Under the pieces are notes generated by a model. That model was not told the DNA's origin. It did not search any database and was given only the letters and a program-made list of their open reading frames with translations. A DNA stretch of 62,178 nucleotides, filler included, from Rhabdomonas costata (taxonomy: Eukaryota), in assembly GCA_019059605.1 (NCBI GenBank). It is 25 parts of 25 records of this genome, joined end to end, with 100 filler letters (N's around TTAATTAATTAA, not from the genome) between each part and the next. Parts side by side here need not be neighbours in the genome. Positions count along the whole stretch, not along the records: positions 1 to 2,394 come from JAHMHO010003635.1; positions 2,495 to 4,882 come from JAHMHO010003636.1; positions 4,983 to 7,374 come from JAHMHO010003637.1; positions 7,475 to 9,866 come from JAHMHO010003638.1; positions 9,967 to 12,358 come from JAHMHO010003639.1; 20 more parts are not named here. One strand, written 5' to 3'. Made by a program: the position numbers and the translations under genes. Shown here in pieces: positions 1 through 12,458 of this stretch. Within the stretch, counting starts at the first letter, position 1; the number at the start of each line of letters is the position of its first letter.

Positions 1-254
1 GGTGGGTGGGGGGGTGTGGGGGATGGACCACAGCCACGCCGTATTTGTTTGAAGTTTCTTGATTGCGGCTTGCTATGCTGGTGTGCGTTCACTGAACTGT
101 GGTGACCAAGTGCCGTGCTTCTTTTGCTTTAAAAAATTCGCCATTTGAAAAGAAATATGGGGAAACAACCCCCCATTTCGCCGGGGGAACCGGTCGAATT
201 CCATCTCTCATTCCAGCTCTGCTCTCAGCACGCCTTTCACAGTGACCAGTGACC

Positions 255-2148
255 ATGGGCACTGGAACCAATCGCACTCGTATGTCGGGGAGGGAGGACC
301 TCCGTCCTCGTCCGGGTTGGGACAACGTGGACTTTCTATGTTAAGGTTCTTCTCGCTTTCACCACAGCAAAACCAAAGGGAAAGGAAGGGAAGAGGAAGG
401 GAGAAAACGTCAACTTGGACACACAAGAGCTTAGACACGGTTTGTTCCTCAATGGTTCTTTCCTTCACAAGGGTTTCACAGAATGAAAGTAATTAACAAC
501 AAACACGGAGCACAGACTAACGCGGACATTCGCCAAAATAGGGGGTACAACAATATACAATAGGCACACTGGTGTTTCGATAGCCCGAGAGGCATTTTTG
601 TGTTCATCGAAGGCACCCTTTCACCACCTGGGTCTTCTTTTTGCGCATCTGCTGAAGCCTCCTTTTTGTTGACATGGCCTGGAGCAGATGCTCTTCTGGT
701 TCGGGTGTACATCTCCAGGCACGTTTGTTTTGTACCTTGAACTTGCCATTGCCGTTCGGTTTACATTTCATTTCTTTCAGATAGATTTCTGCTGTAAGCC
801 GGCTGCGTCTTCTGAGCATTGTTTGGATCTCGTCGAAAGTTTTTTTCACCAATTGTTGTTGTTTTTCTGTAACCAGTGAATTTTTGTTTCTTTGCTTTTT
901 CATTCTCAGGGTGTGGCTGGTGCAGAAGAAGATTTGGATCCTTTCACAAACGAAAGAGCTCCCCAAAGACACCGCAGCCGTGTTCTTGGATGGACGCACA
1001 GTCCATTGCAAGGGAACGATCTCGCCGTGCTCAAAGAAGCCTTGTCTCATTCCACTGAAGGAGTGACGCTTGCGCTGAATTTTGATGGAATCACAGACGA
1101 GGCATGTCACAACGCTTTTTTTTTGCTTTAAAATTTTTGAAATCTCTTTCTCGTTAAAACTTAATCTTGCCAGGTTTTCTGTGGGAGTGGACTTGTGGAA
1201 TCACTTTCGCGGGGAGTCGCAGTGGTGGAACTCTTCGGAAATTCCTTGGGTGTGCAATTTTGGTTACTTTCTGCACAAGCCGAGTGCAGGCTCTGTGGAC
1301 AGAAACCCTTGCAGCTGAGGCTTTCGTGACACGAAATTCTTTTTTGAAATTGGAGAGACGAACGTCCTTTGACCTTTCTGTTTTCGTGTGCCATGTCTCT
1401 TCGCCCCAATCCACATCCCCACCGCACTGCTGACCTTCGGATTTCGCCGTTCTCGTTCTTATAGGAGACCAAAGCTGCCAGGAGCTCGCCCGGATTTTGC
1501 GCTCGTCTGGAATTTCCAGGCTTAAGTTGGGTATGTGGTTGCGACTGCTTGGAACGAATCGGTGAATGCCAGAAACTTGGATTTTTGCTCGTTCCTTTCT
1601 CTTTTTTTTTCGGCTGTCATTCCTGTGGTTTTCTTGCTTGCTGTTTTTTTCGCTGCCCTCTAGGTGACAACAAGGTCGGGGATGACGGAGCTCGAGCACT
1701 TGGGGTCGCACTCGAGGGCAACTCGACACTCGTTCAGCTACATCTTTCCAACAACTGCATTGGCGACGACGGTGTCATAGCTTTGGGTATTCGAGAGAGA
1801 GAGAGAGAGAGGTGTGTGTGTGTGTGTGTGTGTGGTAAATAACGTGAAATCCGTGCGGGGTCACGCGCACCGCAAGCTGCGAGGCGGTAAAATACGCAGA
1901 ACCATAAAAAAAAATCCCCTGGTCAACGCTTTGAAAGGATACCAATCCATCCACACGATTCAGTGTTTTGTCAATGGCTACCGGTTTTATTTGCGGCGAG
2001 AGGGGGGAGGGATTCCTTCTTGTTTCTTCTTGTTTGAGCATGTGATATGACGGATCCCTGGTTGAGTTTTACTTCTTGCATTTGACAGCCCATGGGCTAT
2101 TGGCGAACCGTTCGCTGACCTCTTTAAGTCTCCGCAACAACTACTTTG
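255..2148 (+). CDS. Leucine-rich repeat protein (RNI/NLRC3-like), 3'-partial; exons 255-326 (tentative), 910-1101, 1174-1249, 1465-1530, 1664-1786, 2089-2148
   Basis: Phase-consistent splicing gives ...ELFGNSLGDQSCQELARILRSSGISRLKLGDNKVGDDGARALGVALEGNSTLVQLHLSNNCIGDDGVIALAHGLLANRSLTSLSLRNNYF, which shows typical LxxLxLxxNxIGDxG repeats. Confidence 0.9.
1794..1833. repeat. compound (GA)n(GT)n microsatellite in an intron
   Basis: Seen directly. Confidence 0.95.
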
Positions 2149-2558
2149 GTGTGAATGTGTGATCCTCTTTTCATGAGGGCGTTAGTGAACTCTTCATTTG
2201 GGTTTGGTATTTCTGCTGGCTCACAAAACGACAAGACTCATTCAGAAAGAATACTCACTGTAAAAAAAAAACTCACTGTAAAAGATTTTTTAAGGGAAAT
2301 TTTTCATAGTACCGCTGTAAAGAGGGGGGCCTGCAAACAACCCAGCCAACTTCCCGGGGCTCTTCACAAGAGATGCACCGGCTCCACAAACAAANNNNNN
2401 NNNNNNNNNNNNNNNNNNNNNNNNNNNNNNNNNNNNNNTTAATTAATTAANNNNNNNNNNNNNNNNNNNNNNNNNNNNNNNNNNNNNNNNNNNNATTAGA
2501 TCTCCCCTCCCTCCCCCCTCACCTTTGGCGCACCTTTTTTTTAGCCCCTTTCCCACAG

Positions 2559-4753
2559 GGTACTACAAGAGGTTCTTCGTGCAGGGCGTAAAGCTGGGCT
2601 GCGGGGGTTACGGAGGGGTCTGGCTCTGTAGACACGTTCTGCAGGGTTTTGACCTCGGGCAGTACGCCGTGAAGAAGGTCCCCGTTACTCATTTTTTCCA
2701 TCTGCTTTGACTTTCAACGACGGTTCGGTTCGGTTGTGGCGATCCTCTTATGTCGCACACTCGGCTTCCGCTGCTGCATACGGAACACCAGTCAGCAGGC
2801 ACTATTCTCAGCACACGTGCAGAGTGCCAGATAACCAATGGTGAAAACACACCGGTGAGAATGTTCTGGTTTGGTTGAGAAATAGGGTGAGGCCTTTTCA
2901 CTTCCAGCTGGATCATGCGGAAAAGGAGCTTCCTCATCATTGCGTCATTTCACCGGGCATGCCCGCAGACGGGCTCATCAAAGGCAATTGAAGAGAAGAA
3001 ACAAAAAGAATGTACACACAGTATAGCAAAGGGAGGTGGAGACATGGGAGACGTGATTCTAGCAGGCAGGAATGGCGGAGTGAATTGGCACACAGAAAGG
3101 GACCCATGGACGCGCATCACATGGGAAAAAATGACGAAGAGTGCAACTGGGAGTCAGCGTCGTTTCGTCATTTCCTCATCTCGTGTGCTCCCGTTGTTTT
3201 GCCATCTATGGTGTGCGCGCAGGTTCCCATCGGCACCGACCGCCAGTGGCTGCTGCGTGTAATGCAGGAGGTGAAGGCCATGGAACGCCTGCACAAGCAC
3301 CCCAACATTATTGAGTACCACCACAGCTGGATTGAGTATGACCAGCCCGCGGACTTTGGGCCCCAGGTGCCGTGCCTGTTCATCCTGATGGACTACGCCG
3401 ACATCGGCACCCTGGAGAGCTACGCCAACAGGTCTGGAGGGATTGGGGTGGGAGTGTTCTCGTGTAGTGAAATGCGCATCATGATCGGAAGTGATTCTGA
3501 AAGATTCTGGAAGACCGGAAAGCCACACCTACGAACCGGATCCGGGAGAAACAGCCTAGACGCGGACAGGCTGAAGTGGTGTGGTTCAACTGAATTGGTT
3601 GGCCGATTTCAATTCATAGTCCCTGGTGCTGGTTGTGGTGTGGGGCTTCTGACAAGGGGAGCCATCGAATGAGATTCATATTCATATTTGTTTGGGACAC
3701 TTTTCGCTTTTCACAAAACGTTGAAGAGATCCAAGCCGAAACAGGCCTGGGGTCTTTTGTACTTCCAGCAGGCCTCCCGAAACGCTGCGTGGGGTCAGGA
3801 GTTTCTGGACCTTTCACCCTCGGCCGGTTGCGGTGCCCCTTGGCGGCTCTTTCGTTTACCTTTTGCGCCGCTTCTTGCCCCCGACAGCACCCGCAGGTGG
3901 TGTTCCTTATTTCCCCCTTTTCAGCGGGCGCGTCGCGGGGGAGAACGAGATGTGGTGGCATGCCCTCTGCATCCTGCAGGCTCTCCACCACCTGCACTCT
4001 TACTGTATGCGCGCTCACTTTTTTGGGCTCTGCTGATGGGAGTGCGTGATAACGGATCGCTCTCGTCTGACATCACTCGACACTCGACTTGTGTTAACCC
4101 AGAAATCTGAGTTACCTCATATATGGGATATTGCGGGCAGTGGGGTCCTGTTGCGTGGTACGTTCTTGTATGTGACGGGCGGAGGGGTAGATTTCAGTGG
4201 GTTGTCCTGCAGTGCGGAATTTTTGTTTCGCTTCGAGCATTTCGTGTGTTAAGGGCATGTTTGCTGTGCAGGTATAATCCATCGCGACGTCAAGCCCTCG
4301 AACGTCCTGCTGAGCACGTCCGGTGGAAAGTACCCTCACGTTCAGCTTTCGGGTAAACCATCGTGCGCCTTTCGCACAACTCGCTCGCTCATGCTCATGC
4401 GCATCGAAATATCTGTGTCCAGGGAGAAAAGTGGAAAGCTAAAGTCAACGCCTACTGTGCAGAGCGGTGGTATGGTTTTTCTTGTACTTGCCATAGTTCT
4501 TCATCTGAACCGTAACCGATGGGCTTCTTTTTCTGGGGAATCTGTGGGCCCCTTTAGCTTGTTGTTGTGCTGTGACATGGCCTGCGCAACAGTTGCTCAG
4601 AAGGCCTGGGGCTGGTTTATTTGTTTCCTATTTGTGCTCTTCACAGATTTGGGGGAGTCTGTGCAGATCTTCATGCATGCTCGTGGGAAACGCTCGGGAT
4701 GCACGGGTACTCTGGAGTACTGGGCCCCTGAGTTGCTGCAGGAGGACGAAACG
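2559..4753 (+). CDS. IKS1: IKS1-family Ser/Thr protein kinase, partial; exons 2559-2677, 3223-3431, 3925-4004, 4272-4352, 4647-4753
   Basis: Spliced product: GYYKRFFVQGVKLGCGGYGGVWLCRHVL..YAVKKVPIG..HPNIIEYHHSWIE..FGPQVPCLFILMDYA..IIHRDVKPSNVLL..SDLGE..GCTGTLEYWAPE. The YYxRFF and FGPxVPCLFILM motifs are characteristic of IKS1 kinases. Confidence 0.85.
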
Positions 4754-7700
4754 GTGATCTATATCTCCTGTCCTCACCTCTCCGCCCATGCACTGCTGCC
4801 CACTGCCGCACCCTGGGGAGCAATGACAGAGCGATGGACACTGATGACAAGGAAACGAGATTGGAATGAAGACAAAAAAACCNNNNNNNNNNNNNNNNNN
4901 NNNNNNNNNNNNNNNNNNNNNNNNNNTTAATTAATTAANNNNNNNNNNNNNNNNNNNNNNNNNNNNNNNNNNNNNNNNNNNNTTGTGTGGTGTGGTATCT
5001 CAAACTGCAGGTGCGCTGGAAAGTGCAGATCCAGCACTCTACGCGGCGCGCCCGGAATTGGACAGTAACGAAGAGGAAGAACAAGAATAAAAGTCCCTCC
5101 TGGAGGCCTCCGCCTCCGCACATTCAGCAAGGCGGTCAGGCGGAGAATCGATTAGAACACGCATATGGTGCATGTGCTTGACAGGATCAAGATGCAGTGC
5201 GGTGTGGAGAAAAAAAAGGTGTGGAGAACTTCAGCGAGAACTAGAGCAAGACGAGCGAGCAACCCACCTGGGGGTCGCGGGGTACTTCTCACCTGCGCCG
5301 GTTCCCAGCACCCAGGCACAACCACAAGGCTCAACAAGCCTGGCCACCAGAGACTGCCCACCTCTGGATCGAAAGTCACGCCATCATCCCAAACGAAATG
5401 CAGGATGGGATGCGCGACCTCCAATCAGTGGTTGTTACTACCATTCTCCTGGAACCAGTTTTACCGACTAGCCAACACCAACTCCAACTGCCACACCACT
5501 GAGCTCTGCTGGTGAACCGCTCAGTAATGCTCGCGCATGAATACGCGTTTCACATCCCGTGTGCCACAGAGGATTCCACATACCGGGCGCGCTGGAACCA
5601 ACCCACGTCACCCTCAGCGAGACCCCAGTCTCCGCAGCTGCGCCGTCGCCCAACACCACCCCAAGCGCGGAATTATCGTGGGTCAATAAGGCCCCAAAGA
5701 AATCACACGTCTCCACGTGTGTGGGTGTGTGCGTGTTAATGGGAACGGCGCACACTATCACACCATTGCACGTCGTGACGTCCAAAACAAACAGCAGCAC
5801 ATTGAACGCTTCAAAAACCCAAACGGTGTGCAGAGCAGTCAGCGCAATGACACTCCACACCACACCGCGCCAAGGTTCCTTGTGTGTGTCAGTGGTAATG
5901 AACGTGTGGATGAATGAGAATTAGCGCAAAGCACAGGTGGACAAGAGCTAGGAAGCAGAGAAAGGTGAAAGTGAATGTTGGGAAGCACGAATTCGAAATT
6001 CAACCTGGGGACGTAAGCTCCAGGTAACTGGAGGCGAAGCTGGATAAATGTTGCTTGAGGATTCAATAAGTTTGGTTTTTATACAGCCGTGGTAACTTGG
6101 TAAGATAAAGCATACAAATTTATTCGCCTGCAGCGTGTTAGCCAGAAAGATGATCGTGGTGGGATTTTCTGTTACAGTTTATTGTCTTTTTGTGGATTTG
6201 TTTGCTGGGGAGTGGACATAAAGCACACTCAAAGGTAGATCTTTTTCTTTTGTGGGGTGATGTTTTCGTAAGTTTGTTTCTTCTAAGAACGAAGGAAAAA
6301 TTTAGGAGAACAAGGCGGCGGTGGCCACAAATTGCTGTAGTACTGGACCCCGTGCTGCACAATTTGCGGATGCAGCGGTGATGTGCTTTTGTTTGGTGCC
6401 TTATCTTTTGTTTGGCAAATGGCAGAACGCAACCGCACACTGATATCCATTACCCAGAATACAGGCAGTCAAACCAGGCAATTCACCCACAGGTGTTAGA
6501 CATGTGGTATGCCATACAGGCAGGGGCGGGGCGGTAGTCCATCTGAGGTAATTCATTGTGTAGCCTGGTCGCCAGGCCCAACTGAATCAGAATCAATGTC
6601 ACGGTTGCAATAGCGTACAGGAAAAGCAAGCGATAAACACAAAAACTCTTCAGCTTTCGCAATTGGTCAAAACCAATGTCATACGCAACAGCTCTAACTG
6701 AGCGAAAGTACAGTCGGGAGCGGCTGCCTGCAACCCCAGTGCCCCACACTTTTTTACACGCAGGAGTGCCCCTAGATGACGTGTCCTTGTAATGTTGTAT
6801 CAGAGTGTCGTTTCAGTTGATCATACCATGGTGGAGAACAGTTGAGCTCACTGTCACTCACCAATTCCTGGGTCAATTCAGGGGGTAAATGCGAAGAGCT
6901 TGTTGAGCGCATTACATTCAGAACATGGATGATACACGTAGTTGACTTTACCAGTCGTGTGGTGGCAGATCCTTCTTCGTAGGTGGGTTATATATTTAGC
7001 CCTTTCGCGTGGGAGATGTGAAATGGTGACACAATTGTCTGATTGTATTCATGTCAAGATGTGATGGACACAGCCTAATTTAGTTGTGCAAAAGTGTTTT
7101 TTGAAAAACGTGAAGTGTTCATAAAGTCCTCTGGGCATATTTTTTTACAAAGGCTTCTAGTGCTTTATTGCTTGGTTTTCTGTGCGCCGATCATCTGCTC
7201 CCAAGTTGCGCTGGAATAGGGGAAAATTTGTGCTTTGTCAGCTTTATAGGAGCGTGGGGTAATAGATCATCAAGTGGATAATCAGACTTAAACATAAACC
7301 ACACATAAACCACTTATTGACCCATGCAAAAAATTCCCCGCGAACGTCGTGATTATTGGCAAAAAAACAAACCCNNNNNNNNNNNNNNNNNNNNNNNNNN
7401 NNNNNNNNNNNNNNNNNNTTAATTAATTAANNNNNNNNNNNNNNNNNNNNNNNNNNNNNNNNNNNNNNNNNNNNGTGTGGGTGTGTTTGGTGCAGCTCTC
7501 ACCCCAGCAACTCACCCACTGGGGGCGCTGGTCCTCTGCCCAGTCCGCCCGACCATACTTCGACGTCCAGCATCGGCTTGCTTGGTTTTTGATTTTTCGC
7601 GCAATGGTTCAGCCACTCCCATAAAGGTTCTACTTGTGTACTTGTGGCGTTCTGTGGTGCTATTGTGGAACTTGCCAGAGGGAACATCTGTGAGTGTGGT

Positions 7701-7863
7701 CGTCCAGCCCACAACTAGTCTTTTTCGGTGTTGGGCCAGATTCTCGCAAGTGCCGTTCCAAAGTCTTGGATGTGAAATGCTCAAAAAGAAGCAGGAATAG
7801 AATGGGAACTGGTTACCCTCAGCTGCTACTCCGCGTGTTGTCAACACTTCGGTGCTCTTTCAG

Positions 7864-9292
7864 CTGCAAATGAATTTGATCGGTGCTCACAAGCTTTCAA
7901 CGATGTTGCTCAACATGGAAAGATCGACTCTCCTTGGATGATGAAAAGCTTGATGCAAAGTATGTGTTTTTGCAGTTGTTCCAACATGGCAGTTTTTGTG
8001 GCAGCAGTGGCAAAAGTGGTGATAGAGAAGAGACAATGAGGGGAATCTTGACCGAAAAGATAGAAAAAAGACTGCAGTTGTGTATGGCTGTCTGATTTGG
8101 ATGAATTTTGCCTTAGATTGGGTTTTTTGCTTTCCGCGTGGTGCATTATTTTCAGCTCTCGGCATGAACCCCAGCGAGAAGGACATTACGGATGCTTTTT
8201 CCAAGTTCGGCAAAGGAAGAGAGAAGGACGCCCGCACCCTGGGTGTGCTGCTTGTTTTTTTTTCAACTTTTTTATGCACTGTTTTTCATTGACGGTGTGC
8301 TTGTGCGTTGCCTCGTGATTCTATTGTACGATAATGGGGTAAGGGGCGAGATGCTGGGTGGGTTAATTTCTGTTTGTGGCATGAGGTGTCAGCAGAATTT
8401 GAAAATATAAGCATAAAATACCGTAACTTGTTAAATTTGCTACTTCTCTGAAAGCACATGACTGTTGGGATCCCCTTGTCTCCCGGTCTGCGTAATCTCG
8501 ATCTGCACGATACTTAAGCTCTCAGCACGACTGGCTGGCCGTAACTTATTAACTTGTTACCTCTCAAAAACAGCACATAACTGCAAGATCCCCTTGTCTC
8601 CCTGTCTGTGCGATCACGAATGGATCAACTCGAACCCTTGGATAAACAGGGACCTTGATTCTTCCATTATTAGCACTGATCCATTATTAATACAGTACTC
8701 ATCCGGAATACAAATTGATCCAATTTTTTGTGCATTTCTTGTCTGTTTTTCAACGTTTTTCATCTGACACCGTCCAAAAACCCGCACCCTTACCTTGACC
8801 TGCGTGGTTTTAGGGCAAACCTTTCACATTCACAGAGTATAGTGATTTCATTGCTTTGATGGAGCAAGAGAAGAAGAAGCAGGCTGCTCCGCCTGCTCCC
8901 GACGCTGACCTGGGTACCTAAGTCTTTTTTGGGTTCCTTGGGTTGCATTTCTTTCAGAAAAATACTCATATTGTCATTTCTTGTTCTAGTTGAGGCTTTT
9001 ATGTCGCTCGGGGGAGACGAAGACCGTTCTGGTGAAGTTGCCGTTGAGGACCTGAAAAGAATAATGACTGATTTTGGGCTCGATCTCAACGTGGATGTAT
9101 GTTTTTTGTGGGAAATTTTTTACACGCCTCTACTTTAAACTATGAATTTTCAGTGGACGTTTATTGTCAGTCTCATTTGTTGGAGCCCAATTTTGATCTG
9201 CAGGAGTTTGTGGAAGCAACACTTGGCGACAGTGCGAGCGATGGGATGCTGAATTTTACTGAGTTTTCGCGCATCTTTCGGAGAATATTCGA
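7864..9292 (+). CDS. EF-hand protein resembling outer-arm dynein Ca-binding light chain LC4; exons 7864-7959, 8156-8242, 8836-8913, 8990-9096, 9204-~9292 (ends uncertain)
   Basis: Spliced product: MQTLGMNPSEKDI..EYSDFIALMEQEK..DLVEAFMSLGGDEDRSGEVAVEDLKRIMTDFGLDLNVDEFV..DGMLNFTEFSRIF. The AFxxLGGxxDxSG..FGL pattern is typical of LC4-like calmodulin relatives. Confidence 0.75.
8421..8620. repeat. diverged ~80-bp direct repeat (8421-8500 vs ~8539-8620) within an intron
   Basis: CCGTAACTT..AGCACAT..GATCCCCTTGTCTCCC occurs twice. Confidence 0.8.
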
Positions 9293-10158
9293 GTATTTTT
9301 TTTCTCTTTCCCTTCTAGCATTTCGTGTTTGTTTGTCTTTTGGAGCTGTTTTTTTTGTCGCATTTCTTGCAGTATGCCGGAGCCTCCAAAGCCCCCTGGT
9401 ACTATGCTTTGCGCGCGCGCCCGGCTCCTGGAATATTGTCTTGGCTCATTGCGGCCTGTTTGTAACAAACGAGGTTATAAAAGTTAGAAAAGGTGTTTAT
9501 TTTGGTGGGGACCTGGGTGTGGATCTCGAGTCCCGAATGTTGCATTAGTTTGAACCTTTTTCCGCGCCAAACACCTGTTGAGACAAAAGCCCCTTTTGTC
9601 AAGACTTGCCCCCACCCCTCTCTAGAGAAACACTAAGACGTCTCCACTGCGAGACTCACAAGAAATCCCTCCTCCGTCTCGAGACTGCAAAAGGAGGGTC
9701 AGATGCCGTTTTTCTTTCAACAGATTTTGCTTTGTTCCTCTCAACTTGCTGGAGCAGAACAAACGAAGGATCTGGGTTGAAACGGCACAAAAAAACGGTG
9801 GGAAAGTAAAGAGGGCGTAGGGAGCTGTCTGCGGAGAAAACCAACGTGGAACAACAAAACCCACCCNNNNNNNNNNNNNNNNNNNNNNNNNNNNNNNNNN
9901 NNNNNNNNNNTTAATTAATTAANNNNNNNNNNNNNNNNNNNNNNNNNNNNNNNNNNNNNNNNNNNNCCCGCGACGGTTGCTCGAGTGCCAGGGTTGATGA
10001 TAGGTGTCCCATTGGTGAAGGTTTTCATGTCATGTAGCATACGCCAGTCCACGTCATGAAACTGACTTCTCGTTGGCTCTGAAGGGTGGGAAGGAAGGGA
10101 AGGGAGGGATTCCTTTTGAACGGGCGTGTCTTTGTATACTTCTCTTGTCTTTGGTCAG

Positions 10159-10245
10159 CTGCAAGAGATGCTGCGTGAGGTGGACTGGGACAGCGACGGC
10201 CGTGTTACTCTCGCAGACCTTCAACGGACTTTGGACACGAACTGA
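10159..10245 (+). CDS. last exon of an EF-hand (calmodulin/centrin-like) protein
   Basis: After a pyrimidine tract and CAG: LQEMLREVDWDSDGRVTLADLQRTLDTN*, containing a DxDxDG loop. Confidence 0.8.
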   Translation: MQEMLREVDWDSDGRVTLADLQRTLDTN

Positions 10246-10890
10246 TCTGATACCATCTTCGGCGAGGGGTCACGTTTGCATGATTCATGTTCGTGCTGTT
10301 CCATACGTACTGTTTGTCCCAAGTGGTTTAACGTGCTTTTGCTTTTTGCTGGGCTTTCGATGTAAAAAGGCCCGAGATGTTTGACAGCATGTGAGATTTT
10401 GACGTCACTTGACGAAACTTTGCAGAAGAAGGGGCCGGGAATGCAGGATCACGCAGTGCGGAAAGTGTACATCAGAGCAGCCAACAGGGTGTTCTGGAAT
10501 CCTGCCATAAACAGAAAGCAATTAACAACAAACAACAAAAACGCTCACCGACAACTGGCTCACAGCGCGGAGCAGCATATATTATTCATTCGAGTACTAA
10601 TAAGTGTGAGAGGGCTAAGCCGAAGCAGTACTAAATGTTTAACTGTTCCCCAGTGGACCCTGGCCGAGGCAGCACTCGCGGTAGTCGTGAAAACTATGAG
10701 GGGGGTCTGGGTTTTTTTGCGCGGTACACCTGCAGTGCATCCCACTGAACTCTTGGCAGCCTTGCCGTTTTGTTGCACTTTTTCCTTCGTTCTAAACTGC
10801 AATCTGGCATATTTTCTGTTCCCGTGACGAATTACTGGGAGAGCGCGGAAAAGGAAAAGGCTTCGGGAAGGAGAGCGGAAGCTGTGAAGG

Positions 10891-11999
10891 ATGAAGGAGG
10901 AGTCCTCGGAGAGAGGCCCGTGTCGGGTCACCCGGTCGACCTCAGACAGCTTCCGGCCGCGGAAGTTTGCCGCTGGGGAGAGAGTATGGGTGATGTCCGA
11001 GGACGAGGGCTTTGCCTACGGTGTGTAGCTCGTCTCGTGCCCCTTTGAAGTGACGGAAAGGGAAAGAAGAGTATTGAATCGATGGAAGAGGGGGGTTACG
11101 GGGAGCTGATGAAAATACATGGGAGGGGGTGCTGACGCTTCCAATTTCGAAAATTTGTTCAGGAAGGAGAGGGAGAAACAGTCGGAGGTTTGTTCTGCTC
11201 TCATCCCATGCCATCCCATTCTGTTCCGGCTCTGACCCTTTTCTATTCTTCCTTTCCGCACGTATCCCATACCCTAAGTTAGCATGTACACTCACTTGTT
11301 GTCTGTTGCTCCCTCCTTGCTTCCCTACCTCAACGTATACCTCAATTTAGGGCTCTTTCACTACGAGCTTCGCCGCAAAGTTACCAAGAAGGACGGTTCT
11401 GAATCATGGGAGGCCGAGTGCCTGGGCTTTTTTGAGGTTCCTTTTTTTGTGCACGGCAAGCACTTTCTCCTCACCGCACTAATTGCACTCCCATGACTTG
11501 CTTGTTTACTTTTACTCGTGAAAAAGAAGTCATCGGGCTTTGCCTGATGTTCACAGCAGATTCGGAAGGAAATTGCAACAATTTTGCTCGCAAAAACGAA
11601 AAGCGAGCGGACTCAGTATTCACCGTATGGGGGGACTGGAGAGGAATTTGGAGTGAAAATGCCCTAAACTAGGGCAAAAACAGTCACAATGGGTTCAGCA
11701 AAAACAGTCGAAAAAGAGGGGGGAAGCGTGACCCCAGGGGGTCAGGCGAGTTGAAGTTGTTTTCGAAAGTCTTCATGAGATCCCATCCTATCTGGGGGGG
11801 GGGGACAACGGAAACGGGTGAAGTTTCGTATTTTCTTGTGTGGGTGCGAAACTTCCTGGTTTCACACTTTTTCTGCGCTTTACGCTGTATTTTTTAGGAT
11901 CCCGACGGCACAATGCCATTGGTGGAGAAGGACATCCCTGAGCAGCGAATGGTTCACCTGGAACGCCCTCAGCAGTGGAGGCCCAAGCTTGGTGACATG
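10891..11999 (+). CDS. Agenet/Tudor-like domain protein, 3'-partial; exons 10891-11020, 11351-11436, 11898-11999
   Basis: Phase-consistent GT-AG splicing gives FAAGERVWVMSEDEGFAYGLFHYELRRK..FFEDPDGTMPLVEKDIPEQRM..WRPKLGDM, resembling the plant Agenet pattern FxxGxxVEVxSxExGFxxAWF..DGxxPL..GDxV. Confidence 0.65.
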
Positions 12000-12458
12000 G
12001 TCCGCGCTCCACCCCCTCGTTTTCCAGCTCCTACCGACCCGAGTACAGTTTCGCGGAATCGCTTCCCGCTGTCCGAAGTGTTATATATTCTGGGGACATG
12101 TGCATCGCAAACCTCCATTTTCTGTGGTGGTTGCTCTTTCGCCTCACCCGAAACAAAAGGGGACGACCTCCTGCGAGACCAAACAATCTCATTCAGGGGA
12201 CACGCGCATCGCCTCTGTCACTAGAATCTTGGGCCCCAGACATCCTGCAAAAACCAGGGGAAACAGCAACTTAATTGTATTGGACACGCATAACGCCGTT
12301 ATATATACCTCCCCCCATACTTCCCCGGGGCAGGATTTGCTTTTTGGTAACATTCTATNNNNNNNNNNNNNNNNNNNNNNNNNNNNNNNNNNNNNNNNNN
12401 NNTTAATTAATTAANNNNNNNNNNNNNNNNNNNNNNNNNNNNNNNNNNNNNNNNNNNN

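Noticed and set aside
2439-2450. Regularly spaced TTAATTAATTAA motif as a biological repeat or CRISPR-like array
   Set aside because: It is always embedded in exactly 44+44 Ns. It is a six-frame-stop linker added during contig concatenation.
2678-3231. Intron starts resembling the next exon start (GTCCCC/GTTCCC, GTAT/GTAT) as TSD evidence of introner-type intron gain
   Set aside because: The matches are short and largely explained by AG|GT proto-splice bias. The introns share no sequence with each other.
4983-7374. Coding or TE call for contig 3
   Set aside because: Only short interrupted frames are present, with no recognisable motifs or termini.
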